DNA of 64,000 nt, taken from the NCBI RefSeq assembly GCF_006345805.1, contig NC_042998.1, forward strand, positions 48,732,001-48,796,000, given 5' to 3'. This document shows, piece by piece, positions 50,134 through 64,000 of this stretch. A program made the translations under genes and the position numbers. The DNA is from Octopus sinensis (lineage: Eukaryota). Each line of letters starts with the position of its first letter. Position 1 is the stretch's first letter. The notes beneath the pieces are model-generated. The model saw nothing but the letters and a program-made list of their open reading frames with translations. It had not been told where the DNA came from and did not search any database.

Positions 50134-50277
50134 ATACATTATACATATATATATATATATATCATCTATATATACAATATAGATATAATATGCATTATAT
50201 ATTATATAGATAATTATATATATATAATATATATCTAATATATATATATATATATATATATACCTTATATATTACAC

Positions 50278-50313
<36 letters not shown>

Positions 50314-51536
50314 CATATATATATACACACATATATATATATTATATAATATATATATATGATACATATATATATAACACACATATATACATATATATAC
50401 ATATATATATAGCAAAAATTTAGATTCAGATGAATTAGGTACTTAAGTTTAGGGCACCGGAATTTAGTACGGTATTATCCATACAATTTCAAAATAAGGT
50501 GAATAAAATCAAAATAAGCAATGAGGATATCAGAGGTAATGCAGTATGATCGTTTCACAGCAACTCCATTAATTGAACAATGCAATCATTACATCGTTTA
50601 ATGCAAGAGCAATCCCCAGCTGCATAAGACATATAGTTTAATGAATTAAAGCAGATGGACACATTAGTATGATTTCACCTAAAACCTCCAAGGATGTAAG
50701 GATATAGACAAGAACATGCTGTCTTCACTTCAGCTACTAAGTTATCAGGAAGAAGACTTGGTTAGAAATCCCAGTTGTCACGTTTTCTTGGGTCAGTTTT
50801 AATTTGTAGATTTGTTTTTTTATCAAATCTTTGTATATCAGAATCTAAGGCCAAAAACAAGGAACAATGTATGTTAGGAAGGGGGCTGGGGAGTCGACAG
50901 AAATCATAGTGGGTATGGTCAGAAACTATCAGATTAATTGGAAACAATATAATGAGATTTGGTAAAGGAAATCTTAAAATCAAGAAGTTAGCTGACATTT
51001 AAAGGGGCAAGCCATTAGGGGAAATTTTTTATCATGGGGTTCTATAGTTAATATTTTAAACAATATTGCCATATTGTATAAAGTTAAAATTTAGGGTTAC
51101 TCGGAAGGTTATTAAGAAGATAGTTTTATATTTATACATATTATATGCTTAAATATTAACTTATTAGATTGTATCTATGGAGATTGATCAATTGGATTTT
51201 ACTGGTAATTTAATAAAGGAGCACTGAGGCGAAAAAACTTTTAACTATATATTAATTAAATTATAATCTACGCAGTTTATTTTAAGTTGTGAAGATATCG
51301 GTATTGTTTTATATAAACTAAGTATGAATTTATAAGAGTACAAAAATTAGATTTATTTTATAAAGGCTATTATAAAATAATGAAATGATCAGGTAGGGTA
51401 AAACACCATAGAAAAGGAATAAAATAGCTTAATCACTAAAACCATGAGAATGTATTTATACCTTATTAACTTCAATAGAGAAATTTATAGAAAATGTATA
51501 ATAATTTAAGTATTATAAAACTAAAATGTTGATTAA

Positions 51537-51636
51537 NNNNNNNNNNNNNNNNNNNNNNNNNNNNNNNNNNNNNNNNNNNNNNNNNNNNNNNNNNNNNNNN
51601 NNNNNNNNNNNNNNNNNNNNNNNNNNNNNNNNNNNN
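51537..51636. other. Assembly gap (100 N)
   Basis: Run of exactly 100 N, probably a placeholder of unknown true size. Confidence 0.98.
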
Positions 51637-51709
51637 TTATACAATATTACTTGAATCTATAACAAACAAGCAGATTCCACAGAATGAGTAGAAAGAATCA
51701 CACACACAG

Positions 51710-51751
<42 letters not shown>

Positions 51752-52164
51752 ACGCACACACCACACACACATATACACCCACCCACACACACACACAAAA
51801 CACTCAAAGAGGTGCAGCAGCTTAAATGGTAATGAACTCTCTAAGACCCACCTAACAAGTAAAAAAATTCTGGGGCAAAACAAAAATCTAAGCAAGTGAC
51901 ATTTTTTCTTTCTTCCCTTACCAACCATTCTTAAAGACATACATACAGCAGAAAATCCTACCCACTTGTTCCCACGGCCTAAACATTATTCACGTCAATT
52001 TGTCTTTGTCTTTTTTTTCTCTTTTACCCCCCCCCACCCATTTCCCCCCCCCCCGTTCTTCTACTAACCATCGTCTTCAACTTGCTTTAATAACGTCTGT
52101 TTCTATTTCTCATCCTCCATCGCCATCCAGCAGTCGGAACTTTCTAATAGATATATATAGATAT

Positions 52165-52271
<107 letters not shown>

Positions 52272-52867
52272 CACACACACACACCCACTCACCCAGAAAC
52301 GCGTTTACGCGCGGACGGACGATTGCACGCACATACACTCACACACGCTCACACACTCATGGTTACACACATATACACAGATACATACATACATACACAC
52401 TGATAGAAACATATGCTATCTCACTCGCACGCGCATTCATGTGTGAGTATGTGTGTGTGTGTGTGTGTGTGTGGACAGCCGTATCCCATAGTGACCACAG
52501 CGCACTAGCTGAAAATGATACAAAATATAAATATGAACACGCATACACACGCTCACGTAAACATACACACATTCACATAGATAAATGCATACAGACGTTC
52601 ATACATACACACACACACCATACATGCATGTGCGGGCGGAGATGGGGGTGAAACTTGTGTGTGTGTGTGGTGTAAACTTCAGACCTCTGCATATTCGATG
52701 TACAAGCTATCTCTTCAATTTGACCTTCGCTTATCATCTACTTTTCTTTTTAAGTGAACTATTCCTAATACAACATAGATAGCATGCACACTTATATAAG
52801 TGCATTATGCTCCGTTCCTGTCTGTTTGTCTGCCTGTCCGTATGAATGTTATGTACGTATATAAGCA

Positions 52868-52918
<51 letters not shown>

Positions 52919-53210
52919 ATATCTGCCTGTCTGTGTGAGTACTTGCCTGTCTATGTGTGGGGGGATGAGCGAGAGGTCGAGGTCGAGAGAGGGACAGAGA
53001 GAACCATAATCGGCCTAGTTTCGATTCCTGGTTAAAATTCACTTTCACTTCGGCCACAAACTCCGATGTAAATAAATTCCATTTTTTACCTCTAAGACCA
53101 GCAGAACGGATTACCGTGTGATTGATATTTGGTCACCAAAACCAAAGAATTGGTTCTTTTTAATTCTGTTGTAAGTGCGTATTTTTGTGAGTACATGTAT
53201 ATATATATAT

Positions 53211-53511
53211 CACCGTAATCAACGTGACCGACCAGGCTATCAGATGTTGCTACACATCGCTGGTCACAATGCGCTTTGCATTGTTTTAGCCTTCAAATGA
53301 CGCCACCCTGCTGGTTAAGCGAGCAGGCCAGCAGAAGAAAGAGTGAGAGAAAGTTGTGGCGAAAGAGTACAGCAGGGATCGCCACCACCCCCTACCGGAG
53401 TCACGTGGAGCTTTAGGTGTTTTCGCTCAATAAACACTCACAACGCCTGGTCTGGGAATCGAAACCGCGATCCTACAACCGCGAGTCCGCTGCCCTAACC
53501 GCTGCGCCTCC
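53211..53511 (-). mobile_element. Near full-length SINE family C with an RTE-like tail, in TA-rich flanks
   Basis: tRNA-like head GGTTAGGGCAGCGGACTCGCGG...GTTTCGATTCCC, body, and tail CCTGGTCGGTCACGTTGATTACGGTGAT. Confidence 0.85.
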
Positions 53512-53931
53512 ACACATATATATATACATGTCGAACGAATTGTGCATGTATCCATCTGTGCATGTCATTATTCAGTTTTATTTCAAGATTTCTTGCCTAC
53601 AGAGAAACAGCCGGCTTCTAACCTAGATTCAAAGCTCCATTGGAATTTCAACTACATCAACAAGAAATTTTTGTATTTATGTGTGTATGTATATGTGCAG
53701 ATTTGTATATTTTGTTTTATCTATGTATTCTCATGCATATAATTGCATGTCTAGACATGCACATATATACTTAAATGATAAACTTCTAGAAAGTTTTACA
53801 GATTTTTACAGTTCCAGTGATGGCTTGGATCTGTACTCTTCGAATCAGCTTTCTACTTTCTGATTTTTAGAAGCATGTCTGTCTGTCTGTCTGTATGTAT
53901 GTATGTATGTATGTATGTATGTATGTATGTC

Positions 53932-53963
<32 letters not shown>

Positions 53964-54269
53964 TGTATGTATGTATGTATGTATGTATGAATATCTTTTG
54001 AAAGCCAAAGAGGAAATTATGACTTTCTACAGGACATCCCATAATAAAACTTGTTCAGCACCCATGAATTTTCTGAGCTCCTTCACCCATTCCGGGGCCG
54101 AAAAGTGGCATTGTTTGACTTTGCTTAATTTCTCTCGGAGTCACTATGTATGTATGTATGTATGTATGTATGTATGTATGTATGTATGTATGTATGTATG
54201 TATGTATGTGTGTGTGTGTGTATGTATGTGTGTATGTATGTATGTATGTATGTATGTATGTATGTATGT

Positions 54270-54343
<74 letters not shown>

Positions 54344-54575
54344 GTACGCGTGCGTGTTTAACGCGTATTCTATAAGCGAAACCGTAAAAATAGGTAAGAT
54401 TTCCGAAAAGTTTAGCAATTCAACTCAACGCGTTTGTTGCTACTTAAATTACTATGACGGATTTTGGTTTTATTATGAACTATCAACTTCACAGCAGGAT
54501 AAATTTAACCATTTTTTTAAATGAAAAGAATACACACACACACACACCATTCTTATATATACATAAATATATATC

Positions 54576-54668
<93 letters not shown>

Positions 54669-55269
54669 ATAATGGACTCTCCCGTCGAACGACCGGCACC
54701 AATGGTTTTTTTATAGTGATCAAAGGTTCATGACGTACATTAGCTCATTCTCTCCATCAAATCGATATTGCCTGAACAGGTACACAATGTGTACCTGTTC
54801 AGAGAGTTAAATGTATATCTCGTGAATATATTCTGTAATAACGCACTAAGCATAGTTGTGGACAGTCTTATTTAACATGTTTTTGTACATTCGGACACGG
54901 AAAGACTATTTCTGCAGCGTATCGTCTTTCCATGTTCGAAGATACACAAATATCTTAAATAAGATCGCACATAACTTTACGAATAAAGTTTCTAAAATGG
55001 ACAGAGAAATCCATTTTAGAAAGATTGCCTTGGTCTAGAGGTTAAAAATTTAAGGGAGGTGTGGATTAATATCCCACGTGCAGCTCTCGACTCTGTTTCT
55101 ATCCAAATGGTTTTAATCCAATATTCACACGACGTCAACAATACAAAATTCTTGCTATTAGGAATAGTTTCTAAAATGGATTTTCGAAATTCGAAATGCT
55201 GCTTTGGTACACTGGTTGAACGCTTGTCATATTTAGAGGAGATATTGGTTCATATTCGGTTTTTTATAG

Positions 55270-55690
55270 ACGGCGAGCTGGCAGAATCGTTGCTACTTAG
55301 CAGCATTTCATCCGTCTTCGTGTTTTCAGTTCAAGTTCCGCCGTGGTCGACTTTGCCTTTCATCATTTCGGAATCGATGAAATAAGTACCAGTTGAACAC
55401 TGGGGTCGTTGTAATCGACTTACTCCTCCCCCGAAATTGCTGGCCTTGTACCAAAAGTTGAAACCATTATCTATAGGTGTCGAGTTGGCAGATTCGTTAG
55501 CAAGCTGACAAACTGCTTAGCGGCATTTCATCTATCTTCATGTTCTGAGTTCAAGTTCTGCCGAGATCGACTTTGCTTTTCATCCTTTAGGGGTCGATAA
55601 AATAGATACCATTCAAGTACTGGGGATCGATGAAATCGACTGGTTCCTGCCCATCCCACTCAAAATAATCAGACTAGTGCCTGTAGTAGA
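55270..55690 (+). mobile_element. Two tandem SINE family B copies
   Basis: GGCGAGCTGGCAGAATCG and GTCGAGTTGGCAGATTCG heads with B bodies. Confidence 0.75.
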
Positions 55691-56279
55691 AAAGGACTAT
55701 TTAGAGCTACATTTGCTTCGAGATTCCTTGCTCCAAAAATAATTATCTCAAGTCTTCTGATATATAACTTTAACGTCAACATCATCCTATCATCATACTG
55801 TTATCAACCAAGTCTGTTAAAAAGTATTAAAAATAGTGCTTTTTTTTTTGTTTGTTAATGTTCTGAGGTGTTTTTATTTCCTGCTCGTTTCTAGAAAGTT
55901 CTGAATATGTTGATGATGACGATTCTGTTACTCACCTTGGTTTACTTTTTGTGATTCCTTTCATGGACAAACAAATCGATATCCTTCCGTCTTTCCTCTT
56001 GTCAATTTATCTGTTTATCCTTGTAATCTGTACCTCTACTCCATATTCTTGTTCCTTCCTCCCACTTTTTGCTCATGTATGTGTATGTGTGCTTGTGCGT
56101 ACGTGTATATGTTTGTGTGTCTGTGTCTGTGTCTGTGTGTGTCTGTGAGTATATATGTGTGTGTGTGTGCATATTTCTACATGTGTGTTTTGCGCACGCA
56201 TATATATGCGCGAACACGCGTGGCTTTATATGTGAGTGTGTACTTGCGCGTGTGTACATATATGCATGTGAGTACGCGT

Positions 56280-57275
56280 GGAATAGTGGTTACCGCTTGG
56301 TTCGATTCCTGGGCCGGGAGATGCGTTGTATTCTTGCGCAAAACACTTCATTTCACGTTGCTCAGCGACCACTTCGAAATTTCGTGTGTACCTGTACAGG
56401 TAATGCCGATTTGATGAAAGAAATGAGTTAATGTGCTGTAAAAACCCTTGATCACTATAAATAAATCATCTGTGCAGGTTGATCAGCAAGAAATTTCAGA
56501 ACTTTTTTTCTCGAACTCGATAAACTACCCTCTTTTACTCTTTTACTTGTTTCAGTCATTTGACTGTGGCCATGCTGGAGCACCGCCTTTAGTCGAGCAA
56601 ATCGACCCCAGGACTTATTCGTTGTAAGCCTAGTACTTATTCTATCGGTATCTTTTGCCGACCAGCTAAGTTATCGGTTGTCAAGCGATGTTGGGTGGGG
56701 GGGGGACAAACACAGACACAAACATATACACACATATACATACATACGACAGGCTTCTTTCAGTTTCTGTCTACCAAATCCACTCACAAGGCTTTGGTCG
56801 GCCCAAGGCTATAGTAGAAGATACTTGCCCAAGGTTCCACGCAGTGGGACTGAACCCGGAACCATGTGGTTGGTAAGCAAGCTACTTACCACACAGCCAC
56901 TCCTACGCCTACCATTCAACATTCACATATATGTATATGTATAGGTAAAGACCCCCTTCGGTCATGAATGACCATGGGATTGTACCTAGAAAGTTACCCT
57001 CCGAGGCACAAGTCCGGGCAAGGTTGTTTAAGGAAGACCAGCAGTCGCCCATGCATACCAGTCTTTCTTTCTCCATGCCACTGATGTTGTCCAAAGGAAA
57101 GGCGAAGGCCAATACAGCTTAGCACCAGTGACGTCGCAACTCATTTCTACAGCTGAATGAACTGGAGCAACGTGAAATGAAGTATCTTGCTCAAGAACAC
57201 AACACATAGCTCAGTCTGGGTATCGAACTCTCTACTTCATGAATATAAGTCCGATGTTCTAGCCGCTGAGCCATG
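56280..57275. mobile_element. SINE cluster: D (+, 56280-56480), A (-, 56535-56912), D (-, 56940-57275)
   Basis: Family-diagnostic motifs as in the other copies. Confidence 0.75.
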
Positions 57276-59224
57276 CGTATATAAGTACGTATACTTATAA
57301 TTTATCTCAGTCATGAGCAAAGTGCGGCCCGTGAGTCTTTCTAAATAGCACGCCTAACGAAAAATGACCTTGGCTTTTAGTTTTGGTAGTGCAGCCCACC
57401 GGATAATGAGCCCATATTTCAAGCGGCACCTTGGTCGTAAGGTATTTTCCATGCCTGATTTATCCCATTTTATAAATTTAATTTATCTATTTATTACTTT
57501 ACCATGGCTATTTTTTTTCCTTACATTTTTTTTTCAGTATTTTAAGTCTGTTGTACTTTGCTATTTTTCTTGATACGAAACTTTTTGTAAAGAGGATCAA
57601 CTAGTGTGAGACTGTTTCAATATGCTACTATAGTTGTATAGTAACATATAGTTTTAATGCTTTAAGAGACAGGAGGGCACTATCGAAATCAGCGAAATGT
57701 ATGAAATATTTCGTTTCTGTTACTCTCTTAGAAAAGTCAATGAACTTTGTTTTTCTGAGGTCGGATAGACATGGGATGAGAAAAGGGAAGTAGAATGAAT
57801 AAGAGAATGGAGAAGAATGTGAATAAGGAAGGAGAATGAATAGGAGAATGAAATGGAATGAGAATAAGGAAGGAGAATGAGTAGAATGACATGGAATGAG
57901 AATAGAGAAAGAAAATGAATAAATACAAGATCAATATGCCTGATCGATATGGATGATTGTCTCGAGACACAAGAACCAAAGTTGATATTATGAAACAGAA
58001 TTTGCTTTGCTCGATGTTAATTAAAACAGAGTTCTGATAGAAATAATTAAGGATTACTGATCACGAAAGCAGAGTGAAGGGTGTAAAATCATATCATCGT
58101 GATGGCGACTATAGTAGCTTAGCTAGGTGTCGAGATGGTTCTGGAAGTGGTTGTAATGATGTTAATGATAATGTATCGGCCAAATAGACGATAAAATGAA
58201 TTACCTTTTGAAGATAAGATTTATGGATGGATAACTTCTTTTTTTTTCTTTTTGCATTGATAAATCAGTTAATTCTGAAAGCTAGCTGAACTGATGAACA
58301 TGTGATTAACCAAACTGATGTTTCCTTTGACTAACGATCAAGCTAAATGAGTGACACTGTAATACGGTGACTGACCAATTTAAGATGGCTCTGGCTCAAT
58401 GTAAAATCTTTTGATAACTAATTTTATCTTTGATGGTATGCCTACCACATAAGGTCAACATGACTTATTGATTTCCAGCCAAAAGACAACGTCACAAATT
58501 ATATTTAGGGTTAGGGGAAATAATATAAAGTAACATTTATATTGCCCTATTTTTCTTTTCTTTTTTTTTTTTTTTTTTGTCTTTCTCCAAAGGTATCAGC
58601 AACTCAGGTTCACCGTAGCTCACATCATATTCTATGACACTTTTGGCGTGTCTAGCGTCATAGTGAAAGCAGACATTAGATTATCAATTGTGCTAAATTG
58701 AAGGCCAGCATAGAAATTTATTATTCAAATTAATGATTATTTAATGATTATTTAAATTAATTCGTTAATTGTGATAATTAGCTTCGTCTTTTTTATATTT
58801 CTTTTTTTACTTCTTCGTAAATTTAAGCAAATAGCCAATAGAGGTATCTATCTTGTGATGCACTGAAACATCTCATATATTTCAAATGTTGTAAATCCCT
58901 TCATTGTCACTTGTGCTATTACTTGTGGCTATTGTTGTTTAACCCACGGTCGGCTCTGATTAAGTTGACCATTGACCGAATCCGTTCTATCAACGACTGC
59001 TCCGTCTTTTCGTATATCAGTGTCTACAGTGTATAATGTGTGTACATATACTTGAAGATTAGTAGGGTGCGATTTGAAGATGTGGTTGCTATTTCCGGCA
59101 GCTCGGGCGACTGCACAGTGATTCCTCTCCTAGCTGGTGCTTGTATTTTCTTGAAATATTTGGAGATTGTTAACGAAATAGTTTGACAAACGATCTCCAA
59201 AAAAAAAAGAGTAATATTAATAAT

Positions 59225-59800
59225 AGCTTGCTTACCAACCACAAGTTCCGGGTTCAGTCCCACTGCGTGGCACCTTTGGCAAGTGTCCTTCTACTATAGC
59301 CTCGGACCCACCAAAGCCTTGTGAATGGAGTTGGTAGACAGAAACTGAAAGAAGCCCGTCGTATATATGTATATGTATATATATGTGTGTGAGTGTTTGT
59401 CCCCCAAACATCGCTTGACAACCGATGCTGGTGTGTTTATGTCCCCGTAGCTTAGCGGTTCGGTAAAAGGGGCCGATAGAATAAGTACTAGGCTTACAAA
59501 GAATAAGTCGTGGGGTCGATTTGCTCGACTAAAGGCGGTGCTCCAGCATGGCTGCAGTCAAATGACTGAAACAAGTAAAAGAAAGAGAGACAGAGTAAAA
59601 CTTGAAGATTTCAGTGTTCTTTCACAACCACTTTATGCCGTGGAAGAAAGCGCGTGGCTTAGTAGTTAGGTTATTCGGTTCATGATCGTAGGTTGTGAGT
59701 TCGATTCCCGATGGCATGTTGTGACCTTGAGCAAGGCACTTTATTTCCCGTTGCTTCAGTCCACTCAACTGACAAAAATGAGTTGTACCTGTATATCCTT
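59225..59800 (+). mobile_element. SINE A (59225-59590) followed by SINE D (59650-59800)
   Basis: Family-diagnostic motifs. Confidence 0.8.
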
Positions 59801-59909
59801 TTCACATTCTATAATACGCTGAACCTCCTGAATATTTATTACCAGCCTACGCTGCGCTATATCGACTACTGTTACTCCTACATGATGCTTACTTACTGAT
59901 TTATAAATA

Positions 59910-60419
59910 CCGTAAATCCTCGAGTATAGTCCGCACTTGAGTATAATACGCAGGGGATTTTTAGGGGGCTGTACCTCTGAAAAACCTAAATCTTGTGTAT
60001 AATACGCACTCCTTCTCTAACTTGAGTCAAGGAGGTCTATATAACGTCCTTGGTTTGTAAAACTGTATATGGTAACGTCCTTTATTATTATTGTATATAT
60101 AATATAATGCAAACGTGTAGCTTTTTTGTGCATTTCGTTTGCAGAAAATAAAGAAATAACAGTAATAACGTTTAATAAATGTTTCTTATTGCAAGCTATG
60201 GATGATTCTTTTATGACTTCATTGCTTTCAGGCTTAGCTTAAGGTATTTTCGCGCCCGACATCACAAAATGCGTCTGAATAAACATTGCCGTACAGCAAA
60301 TAGAGACTCGGACATTGCTTAGAAAATATTTTTCATTTTTAACCTTGTATATAGTACGCACTAGAGATTTTGACCTTTAAATTTTGGGGGAAATGCAGAT
60401 TATACTCGAGGATTTACGG
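59910..60419. mobile_element. 510-bp pogo/Tc2-type MITE
   Basis: TIRs CCGTAAATCCTCGAGTATAGTCCGCA / TGCAGATTATACTCGAGGATTTACGG, TA on the left and TG on the right. Confidence 0.8.
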
Positions 60420-60910
60420 TGTTTTTGCTAAGAACATAGTGCTAGGCCAAAGACGAAATTTGAACTGCTGAATCCTTATACAGAAATTCAAATGATCAAA
60501 CAAAGAAAATTTTGATACAAATTGCAAAATAGCCATTGAAATCTTTTATTGTTGTTTGTCCCCAAATCATTCTCTGATTGAGAATACAATTGACGTTATT
60601 TCAGACGGTGGAGTGAAATTTGAGAGAAATTTGTCTGCTGTTTAAACCAAATCTAGCAACTAAGTAAAGGTTGCATTGAAATCTAGTAATTACTGTGATG
60701 GAATATATCCGCAGCAATTAAGCATTTGCAGCGGGATATTGTCTCGGAGACAAAAAGAATTCTAAACGGACCACCAAGTGATGTCAGTAGACTAACAGAC
60801 ACGATGTTTTGGTGTCATTTCATCTCTGTATGCTTACTCTACATTAATCCCACCTTTGAAAGCCACAGCACACACCAACAACTGTGTTATTTGCAGTTTC
60901 CTATTTATAG

Positions 60911-61036
60911 AAATAGAAGTTCTGACCTAGCTTCAAAATTCGAGGCAGAATCTGTCACTGAGGAGGCGAAAATCCCATCGAAACATTATGTCTGGCTGCC
61001 AGTTGATGTTACTTGGAGCTCGGTTCGATATTTAAA
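60911..61036 (+). CDS. Candidate 126-nt internal exon (phase 2-2), product unidentified: NRSSDLASKFEAESVTEEAKIPSKHYVWLPVDVTWSSVRYL
   Basis: Acceptor ttcctatttatAG, donor aaa|GTGAGG, 42 codons, only one frame open, unique sequence; no homology recognised. Confidence 0.3.
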
Positions 61037-62378
61037 GTGAGGAACAATTTTCTAGTACAAAATCCCGCAGCGAATGCCTTTCACGCTTTCGCGTACAAGA
61101 ACTAATTAAAAATAAGTGTATGTACACGTACACAGATCATACATACATTTATGCGTGTGTATGCGTGTATTACATGTGTACGTGTATTACATGTGTGTGA
61201 GTGTGTGTTAAATTATTCTGGTATTCTTTTCTGAGTTCTCCATCCACCGGAACTCCATCATAATTTATGAATTATTCTGCTCTGTTTTTTTATCACATTC
61301 TTCTCCACCTCTTTGCCTTTTCTTCCTTTTGTCTCTCCTTCCACTTTCTTTCAGCCCGACTCCTATTTCCTTTTACTCCTTCTCCTTCATTTCTTTGTCC
61401 TCCCCCCCCCACATTCTAACAGCGTGTTTGCTTATTCCAATCTATATTCCCCACCACCACCACCACCGTCCATGTCTTTTAGCTCTTGTCATATATTTCT
61501 GTTTTGTCCTTCATACTTGTATTTTGTCCTCACATTATTCTTACTGGGTTTTTGTGGGCTTTCTTTTCTGTTTGTTTCACTGTTGTTCTTCATGTTATTG
61601 ATATCTTCATACTTATTGGTGTTATTATTGATCTATTGTTGACGTACTAATTCTTGATATTGTTCTTGTTGCCGTCGTCATCGTCCTTGTTGTTGTTGTC
61701 GGTGGTGGTGGTCGTGGTGGTGTTGTTTCTCCTCCAAGTAATGTCTTTACATCTGAATACTTATTATTCTCACTCCCCACATCAAGCGCTCCTTCTACGG
61801 TCGCTTCTTTCATTGAAATGTAAATAAAAGAAAGATCCTCGATACTAACTATAGATTATCGATATTTGATTAAAAAACAATTTGATTGGGTATGGGGTGA
61901 GATGTGGCCTGAGATCGAACAGTGAGTGATTCGATGTATAAAAGAGAAAAAGTCGTAGAGAGTGGTGGGTAAGCTGCATAAGAGGGTATGGAAGGAAGTC
62001 AGATATGGTGAGATCTGTGTCAGTGAAAGAAGCCAAGATTTTAGTGTATGGGATGGCTGGCAGGGGTGACTGGCAACGATTCCTTTGACTGACTGATGGT
62101 ATTTTCTTCAAAGAACCAAAACACTGGCATCGATCTTCTGTACAATGGTGTGCAAGGGTGCCGTATTTAGAAGATAGGTCGAACATTCCAGAAAAACTAA
62201 TGTTCCATATGCGTGCACATGTGTACGTAAGAGCATATTTGTATGCGCATGTATATATGTATATGTATGTGGTATATGTATGCGTATATATATATATATT
62301 ATATATATATATATATGTATATATGATGTATGTATGTATGTATGTATGTATGTATGTATTGTATGTATATGTATGTTC

Positions 62379-62429
<51 letters not shown>

Positions 62430-62743
62430 TATATATCATATATACATATATATAACTAATATACACATATGTATGTATACATATATATATAAATTATATA
62501 TATACATATCTATATATATATATTATATCTATATATATAATGTGTTTGCATGTTTAGTATGTAATAAAGATACACACAAATGTGTGTGTATGTGTGTTGT
62601 GTCTGTGTGAACATGTGTCAGTCTCTCAATGTTTGTATTGTGAATTAATATATTCATCGATTTATTCGTATCGCTCTGATTGTATATGCTTCCATACAAA
62701 ATCTTCGAGTCTCTATTTTTAGACCATCGGTTTTTGTTCTCTG

Positions 62744-62790
<47 letters not shown>

Positions 62791-62984
62791 TTTTAACTTA
62801 ATGTCTAAAAGGCATGTTGCTATAATATAATAGTATTTACGCGAGCCAGCAAGGGAACTTTAGGCGCAATCTTTCGACCGGCTAGAAATAGAATCCGATT
62901 TTCCTTCACATCGGACATTATAAAAAATAAGTAAGTAAGAGAGAAAGGTGAGAAGAACGGCTGTCTGTTTCTAGACCTTTTTGC

Positions 62985-63120
62985 ATCTAAATTCCACCGA
63001 GGTCGACTTTGCCTTTCATCCTTTGGAGAGCGATAAATTAAGTACCAGTGGAGCACTGAGGTCGATGTAGTCGACTTCGTCTTTCCCCAAACATTTCAGG
63101 TCTTGTGCCTATTGTGGAAA
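62985..63120 (+). mobile_element. 5'-truncated SINE family B copy
   Basis: AATTCCACCGAGGTCGACTTTGCCTTTCATCC... Confidence 0.7.
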
Positions 63121-63122
63121 TG

Positions 63123-63175
<53 letters not shown>

Positions 63176-63551
63176 ATTTCTCTATCATATGCATATATGC
63201 TCCGTTTTTATTATATATCTATATTAAGACCTACTCAATCAGAACAGGCCAGAGTCTCCGTTTCTCATCGTATTCACACACACACACACACACACACAGG
63301 TATATCGGCAGCAGCAGCAGCAGCAGCTTCGTCGTCGTCGTCGTCGTCATTGTTTAGTGCAGTGATCTTAGTTTCCAATAATTTTCATATACATGTGTCT
63401 ATAAAATACATTTTGCTTACATGTTCTTCATGATATAATTTTTATATCTATCTCTAGATTATAATAATTACACTCTTGCTGTATATCAGAAGACCCTTAA
63501 CACTTTTTCATCACTAACGGAAGGCAATGTGTACCGGTAGGTGTTGTGATT

Positions 63552-63594
<43 letters not shown>

Positions 63595-64000
63595 CACTCA
63601 CACACACATATGCAAATATATATAACATATACACACACTTATGTATATATACTGTACATATATATATATCATATAATATATATATATCTATATATTATTA
63701 TATGATATACATACGTGTGTGTGTATGTACACAGACATACACACACATATATATATATGTGTCATGTGTGTTATATTTAGGTATGGAAGTAACTGAATCT
63801 CTCCCCTCTGTGTGTGTGTCGGTATGTATGTATATGTACATATCTATATGTGTGTGTTGTGTGTGTGTGTGTGTGTGTGTGCAGAGAGAGAGGGAGAGAG
63901 TGTCTGTGTAGGGAGGAGGAAGATTAAGTTATTTCGAAACCTAAAAATAAACTGAAATGAAAATTAATTAATAAACAACAGCCTTATGTACGTTTTCCAT

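Noticed and set aside
50410-51536. AT-rich segment possibly from a Penelope-like element
   Set aside because: No convincing RT, GIY-YIG or hammerhead motif; truncated by the gap
54989-55022. 13-bp perfect hairpin TTTCTAAAATGGA/TCCATTTTAGAAA
   Set aside because: Short, AT-rich and without supporting context; terminator calls are not meaningful in this eukaryotic setting
58285-58380. Possible C/D-box snoRNA (CTGATGA...CTGA...CTGA)
   Set aside because: Imperfect C box, no terminal stem and no rRNA-complementary guide that I could recognise
61845-62186. Minus-strand ORF faintly resembling a CR1-type RT segment (NRCQSPL...TDLTISDF)
   Set aside because: Similarity too weak to call without a profile search

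Overview
Repeat-saturated eukaryotic non-coding DNA, most consistent with an octopus genome (inferred from the tRNA-derived SINE families and microsatellite density; no database search was run). A 100-N gap lies at 51537-51636. No host protein-coding gene can be identified with confidence, only a few isolated exon-like intervals, and nearly all ORFs in the track are microsatellite translation artefacts. Real coding remnants are all from transposable elements: a 5'-inverted RTE LINE (37986-39491), three stacked Tx1/L1-clade 3' fragments each embedded in (TAGA)n arrays (13817-16904), a Penelope-like GIY-YIG 3' end with a hammerhead motif (32780-33991), a very degraded Ty1/copia element (about 26.0-30.1 kb), two restriction-like-endonuclease LINE fragments, and four kinds of Tc1/mariner relics. 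There are also MITEs and dozens of SINE copies from four head/body families, labelled A-D here. The most interesting signals are: (1) apparent (TATC)n-targeted, repeated insertion of a Tx1-like LINE whose 3' end is shared by SINE family B; (2) an RTE/SINE-C pair inserting into (TA)n, including a twin-priming-type inversion; (3) minimal hammerhead ribozyme motifs in short Penelope-like units; (4) a 49-bp minisatellite built from a mariner-type terminal inverted repeat (TIR); (5) a local inverted duplication enclosing an exon-like interval.
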